A stretch of 64,000 nt of DNA from Lama guanicoe. Its lineage: Eukaryota. The stretch lies in NCBI GenBank assembly GCA_013239625.1, contig MU054662.1, positions 2,487,709-2,551,708 of the forward strand. Direction: 5' to 3'. This document shows, one piece after another, positions 24,023 to 35,590 of this stretch (positions within the stretch are counted from its first letter, which is position 1; every line of letters begins with the position of its first letter). Both the position numbers and the translations under genes were made by a program. The notes beneath the pieces were generated by a model, which searched no databases, was not told where the DNA came from, and saw only the letters and a list, made by a program, of their open reading frames with translations.

Positions 24023-24186
24023 NNNNNNNNNNNNNNNNNNNNNNNNNNNNNNNNNNNNNNNNNNNNNNNNNNNNNNNNNNNNNNNNNNNNNNNNNNNNNN
24101 NNNNNNNNNNNNNNNNNNNNNNNNNNNNNNNNNNNNNNNNNNNNNNNNNNNNNNNNNNNNNNNNNNNNNNNNNNNNNNNNNNNNNN
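24023..24186. other. N run, 164 nt
   Basis: n characters. Confidence 0.99.
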
Positions 24187-25319
24187 AGGAATAGGCGAGC
24201 GCCACGCAAGCTGCGATCTGTAATATTAAATGTCTGGGGACGTGCAGAGGTAGGAACCCACGCTCCTGTTTTTGATATTTATGTGTCCAGGCTGCACTCC
24301 TCTTGCCTCCCTCGCTCTGCCTGCATTGCCTCGGCGTCCTTCTCATAAATTACCTCTGCTCTCTGACGCGCTTTTAGTGGACTCCGGCGCTGGCGTCTAA
24401 CTCCTCTCCTTCAGGCGTCTGTGTCACAGAAGCCTCAGGCAGCCCTGTTCACTGCACATTCTGGAAAGAGGGAGGAGCACTTCCCAGGGAGGTGGCTCCC
24501 AGGATTCCTTCTCTCCCCAGGACTCTGCCTCCTGGTGCGTCCAGGCCCTTCAACAGGTCCACTTCTATACTGAAGGCTCCTAATCAGAGACTACAGGCTG
24601 TTCAGGCTTTGTCCTTGGTTCCAAGTGGGTTTCTGCAGGTCTGGACAAAGGAGAGGCAGGGCTGGTGAAGGCGGCATCCCAAAAGGACCTGGCAGGAGAG
24701 GCCACAGTCTAGGGATTCAACCACAGGTTTTGGCTTGCATGCCCTGGGCCAGGTGGGGCCATGGGCCCCTGATCTGAGCCGATCATCTCCAGTAAGAGGG
24801 GGCAGGTGGAGGATCCCTGGGTCAGGATGGGAGCTGTACTGGTTGGGAGGGCAGGAGCCTTGGATGCCAGCCATCGGGGCCCCAGTGACCCAGACTGGGT
24901 TCTCGGGAGCACTGGGCTGCTGGTTTTGCCATCTCACTCTCTCTGCCAAGTCTTAGCCTGTCACCCCACTGCTCCCCAACTCATAGTGCACCTCTTCCTG
25001 GACACCATCTCAGCTAAGGATGCCTCACGGCCTGGATGGAGCCACGGCAGTGCAGCTGGTTAGCACTGGCACCCAGACCTGTCTCCATTTGGTGTCCTGA
25101 GCATTCTGAATGTGTGTGTGCGTGTATGTTAGCACGCAGGTCCAGGGCCTTTCATCTCCCTGAAGGCCCCCCGAGGGCTAGGTCTGTGTCTTTTCCTTTC
25201 TCCGAATCTCCCCTGGAGACTGGCACAGGATTACAAAGATCCGCCCAACCCCTGATGTCTAACAGTGAAGGCCTCTCACTACCCAAGACAGGTTATCGAA
25301 GCCTGGGTTCACTAATGGA

Positions 25320-25580
25320 CAATAGTCATCGTACTAACAGCTAAGAGTTAGTTACTCAGCATCCACTATGTGCAAGGCAATGTTCTAAGTGCTCTACAGC
25401 ACTCAATTACAGTGTTATAGGTAGATAGGTACTGTTATTAGCCTATTTTTCAGATGGGGAAACTCAGACATAAAGAGATTGATTCCTTGCCTCAGGGTCA
25501 CACAGCTAACAAATGGAGAAGCAGGATTTGAACCCCAGCAGCCTGATTCCAGAGCCCAAGCTCCTGGCCGCCAGAACAAA
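25320..25580 (-). mobile_element. MIR SINE, near full length
   Basis: actatgtgcaaggcaatgttctaagtgct...ttttcagatggggaaactcag...ggatttgaacccca. Confidence 0.85.
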
Positions 25581-26607
25581 CTGCTGCCCTACCAGGGCTC
25601 AGGAGAAAGGGTTCTGACAGCGGGCAGCTCTGGCGTGAACTCCGTCCCATGGGGTGGCCGTGTGTGGTCACCTTCTCCAGGCTTGGGATTCTCTCCCACA
25701 AATGGCTGATGACAACCCCCTCAGAGGGTGACTGTGATGATGAGATGAAGTAAGACACCCAAAGTGCCCAGCACAGGACCCGGCACTTATGAATCACTTA
25801 CTAGGGGCGAGGGGACAGTGGGGGCAGTAGCCCAGCTAAAGGGTCAAAGGCCATGTGTTTGCCTGTCCTGCCCTGGGCAGTATCTGACCAAATTGTTCCA
25901 CACAGAGAGATGCTCAGAGGTGGGCAAACTGGTCTCAGTACCAAGAAAAACAGCCCTCTGCTCTTCCACACCCCACCCCTCAACCCATTCCCACCTCCTG
26001 CACTCTCTCCCTAAAAAGGCAGATTCCCCCAGGCAGAGCACAGCTGCCTCTCCCTGTGCCTCACTGGGGCTGTGGGCCCCGGGTCACTGGGCTGGTACCT
26101 CAAGGCTGCTGTGCGGGCCCCTTAGTTAGAGTCTGACAAAGAAAATGTGAGCTCGGAAGCAGCTCCTGTGCTACGTGCAGTCGGGGCATCAGGCTGACCA
26201 CCACCCCGGCTGGCTCACAGCCGTCTTACGACCTCCAGTCCCAGAGGTCTGGGGCCAGGCCAGCGCTAGAGCCTCATTTATTAGGAACAGACCCAGGGCT
26301 GGGTTTGGGACCCTCAGAGAAGCAAAGTGGGAACCCCCTTTCCATCCATCACAGGGATGGGGTGCCCATTTTCCTCAAGCCACTGTATTGAATCATCTAC
26401 ATTTCTAAGCGCCCCTTAAAAAAGGCAGCCAGGTCTCTCCTGGCACGTTTATCTAGGGAGGTGAGACACCAGCCTTTCTCAGACTCATCAGAGGACAGAA
26501 AAAGGAGCAAGGGGCACTAAAGGTAAACCTCAAGGAACTGCAGGAGAGGTGTACAACATTGGGTCCATTTTTTTGGCTCCATTTCAAACCTAGAGTAAAT
26601 TTTCCGC

Positions 26608-26790
26608 TGTTTCTTAATGTGGGGCAACACTGGCATTTTGGGCAGGCACTTGGTTTTGTGAGTCTACCTCAGGCAAAGAAGGACGTTTAGTCCTCATGCA
26701 CTAAAAGCCAGGAGCACCTTCAGTCACTTGTGACAATAAGATATACCCCCCGCCACCCATGTTCAAACACCCATGTCGTGTTGGGGTGGA
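26608..26790 (-). mobile_element. MER20-like hAT MITE
   Basis: cactggcattttgggcagg...ggacgtttag...gccaggagcacc...ttgtgacaa. Confidence 0.6.
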
Positions 26791-27419
26791 GTGGGGTTGG
26801 GGGTGAGTGGTTCTGCCCTTTTCAACTTGCAATGCTCTTAGCAGGGCACACACACCTGCTTGGGCTTCTTGTCCCAAGACTTCAGAAACAGTCATGTCTT
26901 TCCTCTGGACATCAGCTTCTTCTGTAAAACAGGGAGCTGTACTCTGGCTTTGACATCTGTGCTCTAGGTGTCCCCAGTGAGTCAGATGACTGCCATCTAA
27001 TGTCCTGTGGCAGCCCCAGCTCTCTCTCTGATTCCAGTTATTTGGTCCTCACTCCCTGTATGGACTCCCCAGACCCCTCCCTGGTTTATAACATCTTCCT
27101 CCTTCTCCCAAGAGGTCTTATCATTAGTCATATGTGGTTGGAGCCGAAGGGAGGAAGAGGGTGAGGGAAGGGTAAAGGGCGTGTCCCTTCACCCCCTGGA
27201 AAGATCCTCTCTATTATTCAGTTCTCTTGTCATCCCCTGCCCTCTGACAGTTTCTGTGGTGGGATTTTAATTCCTCATTGTTACCTTTGTCAAGATGGAA
27301 CTCCTCTACAGTTCACCCTAGCCTTTCTCTTCATCTGCTCTGCTTTGCATTTCTATGGTGGGTTTCTTCCTTCCTGATATAATGACTACTCTGTCTTTCT
27401 CTTTCACTCACACAGTCAG

Positions 27420-27441
27420 ACACACACACACACACACACAC
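27420..27441. repeat. (AC)11 microsatellite
   Basis: read directly. Confidence 0.95.
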
Positions 27442-27619
27442 CCTTTGATATTTCCTTAAGACTCTTCTCTGAAGAGATGAGGGTGAGGGAAGGCTGTAGG
27501 GGAACTTTAATGAGGAAGGCTTTCTTCCTGGTGGGGATGGGGGAGGGTTGGGGACTCATTAGAATAGGGATCAAGGAAGTCAGGGAAGCCCCTGTCTCTG
27601 AAGGGCTTTTAAAAATATC

Positions 27620-27920
27620 TGTTTCTTTTCCGATTAAAATATACATATTCATTGTATGGAATTTGGAAAATTTAGAAAAGCAGAGATAAGAAAATAAAAA
27701 TTATCTGTAGCTCCACCAACATGAGAGAGAGAGTTACTATTTTTTGGTGCATTTGGTACATTTCCTTCCAGTCTTTTTTGCGGGGGGAGGTGGGCTGAGA
27801 TCACACTGTCTATGCAATTTTATATGCTGCTTTTTTCCCTATTATATTACGGTAAGAACTTTTATTCTGTATCATTAAATCATCTTCAAAAATACCATTT
27901 TAAGGACTACAAAATATTCC
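27620..27920 (-). mobile_element. old L1ME-like fragment
   Basis: aaaatatacatattcattgta...ggaaaatttagaaaagcag...atttccttccagtcttt. Confidence 0.6.
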
Positions 27921-29342
27921 CTTCTAAGGCTGTGATAGACTTCCCAGATCTTCCAGAGCCCTAAGGTGTTAGAGTTAGCTCTGCCCAGTATTTCTACAAA
28001 ATCTCTTCATTTTCCTACCTTACTTTACAGCCAAGAAAAGCTTGTTGGATTTTTTTCCAACCCCATGAATGGTAACAAAAGCAGCCTTTCAAGCTCTAAT
28101 TCTATTACAACCAACCTAAGAACACCTTTCCTCAAAAACCCTCCCTAAGTGAAAGGATGGAAGGAGGCAGTTGTGGAAATATGCAGGAAAAAGTGGCTAA
28201 GAAACAAAGTATCATGTCTTAAGTGCCAAGACAAAATCACGCGAGAGTAGGAGACTTATTAAGAGATTCTTTTTTGTTCTGTATTGTCCATAATAAACGG
28301 CCACACTCAGCATCAGCAAGTGCAGACATACCTGGGAAAGAGGTTATACACAATCCCATTGCTCCTGCTGAAAGCAGTGGACTGAATTCAATTTTGGGTT
28401 TGAGGGCAAATTTCACAGCCCTAAGCATATCTTAGAAATCTGCCATCACCACACATGTAATAAAAGTAAGACCACTGCAGCTAAAATGCGGGAACATTAT
28501 AAAATATTTCCAGGCACCGGATGGTGAAGAATTCTACTCTAAATCCAGATCTTTTGAAACTATAAGCTCTGCTCTTAATGGGATTCCTACCAGGAAACAC
28601 AGCCTCCCTGGAAGTTCAGAGTATCTTCTGATCAGTCATATCTGCAATTTCTCTCAAAAAAAAAAAATCCCAGCAGGGCATGCTAAAGGCCTGAGAAGTA
28701 GTAGGTTGGGGAGGAGAGATAGTAGCATTGGAGAACCCACTTCTTTGTGTAATAATATATTTCTATGCTTGGGTGAAATTCAACAAGAGAGAAAATGCTG
28801 GAAACACACGCAAGATGAATACAGTATGTGTCTCAATTATGGCCCATGGAACGCGCTTTACCATGCTCACAGAAAACAATGGAACTATGCATTCTAGAAA
28901 AATAAGATGAGGCATGAGAGGTGGGAGACAAGGACACAGGGCAAAAGACATGAAAGGGAGCAACACAGGCATACTGTTCAAAAAGCTAATCCTTATGAAC
29001 CAACATCAGTGAAGGTGGATGCACGTGCATTTAATGCATAAAAAGGGAACTCCAAAAAGAGCTCATTGTTTTGAATGCAGAGGCAAACCTGGACATCCAG
29101 TCTGTTACTATAAAAGGTTCATAGGAAAAAAGAGGAGGAAACCCAGTGGCTAGCTTTGGAATCAACTAGCCTGGCATTTACAAGGTTTCCACATCCGTGA
29201 ATTTGTCACTGCTTTGGGCTTTCTTTTCCCTTGGCATAGAACAGTTACTGTGATGAGCGGTCACATAAAGCACAATATAAATTTTTATTATTATTGGATG
29301 GTGCTGTGGCTGGAACTGCACTGTTCTGCATGGAGGTTTTTC

Positions 29343-29474
29343 NNNNNNNNNNNNNNNNNNNNNNNNNNNNNNNNNNNNNNNNNNNNNNNNNNNNNNNNNN
29401 NNNNNNNNNNNNNNNNNNNNNNNNNNNNNNNNNNNNNNNNNNNNNNNNNNNNNNNNNNNNNNNNNNNNNNNNNN
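29343..29474. other. N run, 132 nt
   Basis: n characters. Confidence 0.99.
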
Positions 29475-29527
29475 AGAGGGGAGAGCTCCAGACCCACTTT
29501 AATCACCAGGACGGGAACCCGTGGCAT

Positions 29528-29548
29528 TTCAGGACCTGGGACAGCGCC
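29528..29548 (+). promoter_or_regulatory. RE1/NRSE (REST/NRSF) binding motif
   Basis: TTCAGGACCTGGGACAGCGCC versus consensus TTCAGCACCnnGGACAGCGCC: one mismatch outside the 2-nt spacer. Confidence 0.75.
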
Positions 29549-30269
29549 AGAAGGGCCTCAAGTCACCTTACTGGCCAGAAAGATTTCTGCAAGACGGGAA
29601 CTGGAAGGAAGATGTGAGTGAGCAGGGCCATGAGGAGTTAAGATCCAACCTGAGTTCAAGGCCAAGGCCTTTGTCAACCTCGGAGAAGGAGCTGCCATGG
29701 ATTACTTTTGATTTTTCATCTGGGTGGTACCTTCTCCTGATCTCCTCTTTTCACAGCTTAAATGCTCCTTCTCTAACTTGAAAAGACAATTGTCAACCCC
29801 AGAATCATCCTCCATAAAATCACTTTTTTTTTGCACCTTTGGGAATATTGTCATTATTTAGAATAAGAAGAAAAAAATTCAACCAAAGACACATTAAGTC
29901 TGAGCACATTGGGTATAGCCCTATCCATAAACTTAGATAGGGACCTGTAGGAGGAATACAAGAAATATAGAATGGAGAAGCTAACCATTTGTTGGTCATT
30001 TAATTGTTTAAAATCTTCTACCAGCAGGGTGGATGGTTGCTGCTTATGACGGAAAGCAGAATATAATACTTTGAAACATTCTCTCCAGCTCTCCTCTCTT
30101 ACACTATATAAGTTTAAGAGCTCTGGAATCTCACCCCAACAGATTTCCGCATCCTGGTCCTTTCCAAGGGGATTATCTTTTGGTATAATGTATTTTTACA
30201 ACATAAAAATGAAAAATGATAATAGTTTTCATAAAATCTTCACGTTTTTCCCATATTCTACAGGTAGAA

Positions 30270-30390
30270 CTTATTACCCCATTTAACCAAAGAATAGGAA
30301 TTAGTTCAGTGACTTGTCCAAGATTGAAGAGCAAAGAAAGGATTAGAACACAGGTTTCCTAGTATTCCAATCCCAGGTACATCTTGCTAT
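30270..30390 (-). mobile_element. MIR fragment
   Basis: ttattaccccattta...agtgacttgtccaagat...ggattagaacacaggtttcct. Confidence 0.6.
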
Positions 30391-30431
30391 ATCATGGGCG
30401 TCTAGGATGATTCAGGAGATGGCAGTGTCCA

Positions 30432-30479
30432 GCACACAGCATTGGAAACTAGGCTGCGCACAGCATTGGAAACTAGGCT
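30432..30479. repeat. 24-bp tandem duplication
   Basis: gcacacagcattggaaactaggct / gcgcacagcattggaaactaggct. Confidence 0.9.
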
Positions 30480-31929
30480 GAACTGCGTTTGGGCTCCATT
30501 GTGCTTTTCACCTACCTTGGAAGTTCTTGACTATGGAGAAATTCTCGCTTTTTCAACTCTGTCTACATTCTGGTCCATCAAAACTGATTTCACCTCCCCA
30601 AACATTATTCTCCAAACATTTCTTTGCTTTTGTTTATATAATTCCCGGGTTTAGGATGGGGGTTAGGGAAAGGGTTTGGAGAATGGGCACCAGGAACAGG
30701 GAGGCACTTTGTGTGGTAAGGGGAAGCAGTACCAACTTTCACGACAGCATCCTGGGGAAACAATTACACAGAATCCAAAGTACATTTGTCATCAACTAAC
30801 AATCAGGGCTGAATTGCTTTGGTTTAAATTGATTAAGAGCTCTGAGATTTTGGAGGAAGGCTTCTTACTATCTCATTTTGGAGTGGGGTCTCTGGTGTCT
30901 TTTTTTTCCACATCAGTGCCCAAAGTTTTGAAAGGATAAACACTTAAGAATTTAAACACCTGGAAAGCAATCACTCAGTGACAGTTAATAACACTAATAT
31001 GGTGAACTCACAGATTTATCACAGTGATACAGATCTCAGCATCAGTTTCCTTTTGGTGATTAGAGAATTTTTGACCAATTACATGAAACGTTTTGTTGTA
31101 GCTTCGAGTAAACTGCAACACCAGACACCTTAGCACCTCACAGGTGAATCCCCCACATCTTGCCCCATTTCCTATGATGACTCTGAGGAGGTGACATTGG
31201 ATTCAGACCCAGATCCAGTTGCTACTGGGGATGTGCAGCTACCTCCTCTTTGTCATCCAGCCCTTGGCCACTGGATGTCCAAGTTTAGTTCTGGTCCAAA
31301 CTCTTTCCTAGCCCTGGGATGCCTGTGACTAGAAGGGGATTTCCAAATGGTTCCCCTCCATCAAAAGGCTTGAGTGTTTCCTTATTACCTAGACTCATAG
31401 AACTAAGGAATGAGCCCTTAGAAACTTTCTAGTGTCAGATATTTTTCTTTGGAGTATAGAAGTCTTTCTCCAAATGAAATCCCAGGTGGATTTCAAGGTG
31501 TAGAACAGGTGAAAAAGGTGACACTCTGGATAAAGCCCCTGGGAGCAGCTCAGAGCCCTCTCTGCTCAGCAGCACCCCAGTCCCTGTTCACACTGTACAA
31601 ACATGTTCACTGAGTTCTTATCCAGCCTTCTCTTCTCAACACAAGACATCTACCACCACCCTGTGCTTTCTTCATCAAAATGAACTCCAATCCAGGATCC
31701 AATCCAGTAAGGTCTGCAAGACCCTGGCTCTGGCTGGGTCAGATGATTTCCAGCTGGGTCAGAAGATGGGCATGCCACACACACACGGATGTACAAACAT
31801 CAGACCTACAGTGATGTGCACTCAGACAGACACTAAAGCCCCACATAGCATCCAGGACTGATCAGCGACTCCAGGAGAACACAGGATAAGTGTATTACCA
31901 TCCACAGGGGAATGGCAGGGTGTAAACTG

Positions 31930-32245
31930 TAGGGCTAGATTCTGCATTTGAATCTTGGCTCTGCCAATATGTGTGATCTGGAGCAAGTATCCACAGATTT
32001 TGGATCTGTGGATATGGGAGGCTGACAGTATTCACTGTACTATGCTATTTTACATAAGGAACCAGAGTGTCTGTGGATTTTGGTATTCACCGGGGCTCTT
32101 GGAACCAATACCCCAAGGATACCAAGGGACAACTGTACTTCTGTATGCTTCATTTTGTTTATCTGCAAACACAGTGGGTGACACTGATAGCGCCTACATT
32201 ATAGAGATACGGTGAGGAGTGGATGAGTTTATTCTGAGCATAAGC
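31930..32245 (+). mobile_element. MIR interrupted by a MER2/Tigger-type MITE (31988-32135)
   Basis: MIR ttgaatcttggctctgcca...gagcaag, then MITE ...ggattttggtattc...ggaaccaatacccc...gggacaactg+TA, then MIR resumes. Confidence 0.8.
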
Positions 32246-34399
32246 ACTGATTTAGGAAAATGACTGAACTGAAGGAAGCATTCCATAAGCGTCGGCTGTC
32301 TCTACTGCTGATCACCCTCACAATTTCCCTGTCTGTCTTTGTGCCCCATTTTCCTGGAGGGTGGGCTGGGGCAGGGTTGCGTGCAGCACAGAGGGAGGGC
32401 ATTTATTGCCTGTTCTTTGCGGCCCCTCCCCTCTCTTCCGGGAGTCTGGCTGGCCAAGCGGGAACATCTTGCAGGCACGTGACAGCCTCTCGCGGCTGAG
32501 CTGCGATGCGTAAAGGGATTTACGGTTGTAGAGCCGCATCTCACTCTGGATCATGTCCGGGAGTGAATTCCCACTCCCTGCTCACAGCTGTGCACTAGCA
32601 GGCTGGCCCTGCAGAGGGGAAATGCTAGCTCCCCTCGCCCGTGGGCTCCAGGTCCCACTGGCCATTCTAAGCCACTCCTCCCCACCCCACAGGATCCCCT
32701 TTGCTCCTTGCTCTCTTTTCTCACCCCTCAGGGGAGAGAGGAGGGGTGGTCTGAGCCACCACATCGGGCAGTGACAATTAAACCCATTCAGAACCGAGTC
32801 ATTTGCATGCAACTCCTCGCCAGGCAGAGAACACTCAACCTGTCATTATCTCCTGGCATTGCTGGTGACTGTGCCACGTGGCTGCGGAGATGGCGGCTTC
32901 CCTTCCCTGGTACTGCCAGCCCCGGAGAGGCGATTGACAAAGGGCCATGGACTTTTCCTCCTGCCCTAGCTGGCCTCTGAAGGAGGCCCCGGGGGGCTAG
33001 GGCTGGGGGAGGAGGTGAAGTGGTGATGAGGTGATAGGACCCTATGGACCCAGAGTGTGGGCACTGGGGAGGGTCTCCGGAGGACATTGCAGGAGGACAG
33101 AGGGAGGGCAGGAATCATCGGAGGGTAGTTCCCACCTCCTCAGCCGGAATTTATTGAACGAGATTATCCCTCAAAAATCATTAAAAGCCACAATTTTGCT
33201 GTATACCCACAGAGCGGGCTCCGTGGCAGCTGTTCGCCTCTCCCACCCACACCCACTAATTCTCCCCTCTGTCCCTCCCCCACCTCCAGCTCTAAATAAA
33301 CCACAGTAAGATCCAAATGCTACGATGCCTAGTTGTGCTCGTCCAGCATTTCTGGTCTCAGGAAAAGAGAGACAAAAAAGACCTAAAGGCTGAGACTCTT
33401 ATATTGATTCCCCAACCCTGCATCCTAAACCCAGCATGAAACCAGCCTATCATGAAACCAGGGTCCCAAGGCCATATTCCCAGGGCTGGCAAGAGGGAGG
33501 GGGCAGAAACACTTCAGCAGGGAGCCTACTTTAACCCTCTGAGGCCAAGCCGAGGCCCCCAAGGTCAGGACAAGCTTATACTGAGTTAGAGTAGGTGGTA
33601 GGGTTTGGAAAGATCCAGAACCACCACACCATCCAAAATGCTGCTCAGCATCCACTATGATCTGAAATTCCACTATTCATGTTTTATTCCTTTCACTTAA
33701 ACATTTGATCCTGGTTTAAATGCAAATACCCCCAAGAGAGGCAACACTATAAAATGTGTTTGGTTATTTACTCCGTAGAATAAATTTCTCCAGCCTTTGC
33801 TGAGAATAAGCACTGACTATAAAGGAAGGGAGAGGGACATGAGAGTCTCACACCCTTGAATGGGTGGGTGCAGCTTTCACCAGTAGGAGGGAAAATGAAG
33901 AGTGAGGAATCTGTGTTGGGAAGCCTGGCTTTCCTCATATTTTTTTTCCCAGAGCCAGTTCTGATTAATTGGTTTCTGGGATGAAGAGATCTGGGCACGC
34001 TGTGGTCCAGGGCAACCCAGTGGAGTGTCCTCTCTCTGAATTAGGTCTCCCAGAACAGCAGGGTCCTGTATTCAATCCCCAGACAGACAGGAGCTGGAAG
34101 GATTACCTTTCAGTCTCACTGCATTTCCTGCTGCTGTGATGAGGCCACATGCCCACCAGGCCCAAGCTCGTTTCTCTTTTAAAGGCATAAATTTATCAGA
34201 AGAGCAACTGCATTTCCTATCTCTGTTCCCACCTCAGAATTAGCAAATCTAGCTGGGCATGCCTAGAGGGGCTGCCTTTTGGTGATCTCGAAAAACAGGA
34301 ACTTCAGTTTGTCAGGTAGGTACAAGCCTCTACTTTGTGCCTCCAGATAAAGGGAGATGGTTAATCTGGTGCTGGACAAGAGTGGTCCCTTTGCTCCAC

Positions 34400-34562
34400 A
34401 TCAGGACCTGGGCATAGGAGCCTGGTGTCTTGGCACATGTGTGTCTGTCTGTTCTCCCCCTGCCTGTGACTCTTGAAGGTAGGGTCCCTCTCTTTTGACT
34501 CTGCAGCACTCAGCACAAGCCTAGGCACACAGCTGGTGCTCAATAAGTGCTAATTGATTGTT
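34400..34562 (+). mobile_element. L2 3' end
   Basis: cctgtgactcttgaaggtaggg...gcacaagcctaggcacacagctggtgctcaataagtg. Confidence 0.75.
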
Positions 34563-34859
34563 TGCCAGTCCCTGTCATTGAGTAATGCAGAGTCTTCAGA
34601 AAGGCAAGTACCTCACACACAGCTAAGATTCAGAGAGCAGCACGGCCCCACAGGAGAGGGAGAAGACAGAGTCTACTGACCTGGCTATGGAGGGGAGACA
34701 GAACCTTCTAGCTTGTGGCCTGGGAATTCTCAATGTGCTGCAACACTCACCCTAAAACTGCCACTAAACTTGGTCCTAATCTTGTCCATCTGTGGTGCCC
34801 CTTTCCTGCATCACAGGCCACTCACATGGCTTCCAAGCTGAAGGAAACCCACATGTAAG

Positions 34860-35095
34860 TACCATGGTGGCTGAGCACCATGCTCAGGCATACTTGAACC
34901 TTTGCTCTGTCACTTGCTGAGTGACTGTGGGCAAGTGAACCTCTCTGGGCCTCGGTTTCCTCATCTGTAAAATGGTGATAGAGAGCCACCTGTGTCAGAG
35001 CTTCCTGTGAAAATTAAATGAGACAGAGGACGTAAGTCCCTTAGCACAGTGCCGGATGCATAGTGAGCACTCAATAAATGTTAGCTACTTAATTT
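34860..35095 (+). mobile_element. MIR SINE
   Basis: cctctctgggcctcggtttcctcatctgtaaaatgg...gcactcaataaatgttagc. Confidence 0.9.
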
Positions 35096-35337
35096 CATCG
35101 TTTCCTAAAGCATAAGGCTAAAGTCATAAGGGTAGTGCAGCAGAATCCATCCTGAAGGAAGATTTTTACATTCAAAGAAGTCAGGTCAACTCCTCTCTTC
35201 CAGCAAGGTGCAACAGCGGTGTCATTCAGGACGAAGAGGGCTACTCTAAGACATGTCAAACCTTTCGATAGAAACAGAAACACTTAGGCAATTTCCCGAA
35301 TGATCCTGAAGATGAAAGCATTTGTAGGAAGGTCAAA

Positions 35338-35590
35338 TACTATTACTATTACTACTACTACCAAGAGCAGTTCTAATTTACTGAGCATCTACCATATGTC
35401 AGGGATTGTGCCAAATACTTGATTTATAATCCTCAAAATGACATTTCAAGGAAGGCATTCTTATCCCCATTTAATTGGTGAGAAAGCTCTGATGGGCAGG
35501 GGCCATGGCTGGGCACTGGCAGAGCTGGTATTCGAACCCAAGCCTGTCTGACTCCAAGCCCAGGTCTTTCTTCTAAGTAGACTACCTTCC
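35338..35590 (-). mobile_element. MIR SINE with (TAC)n tail
   Basis: atttactgagcatctaccatatgtcagg...ttatccccattt...ggcagagctggtattcgaacccaag. Confidence 0.85.

Noticed and set aside
30432-30480. CRISPR-like repeat
   Set aside because: Two directly adjacent copies with no spacer, in mammalian DNA.
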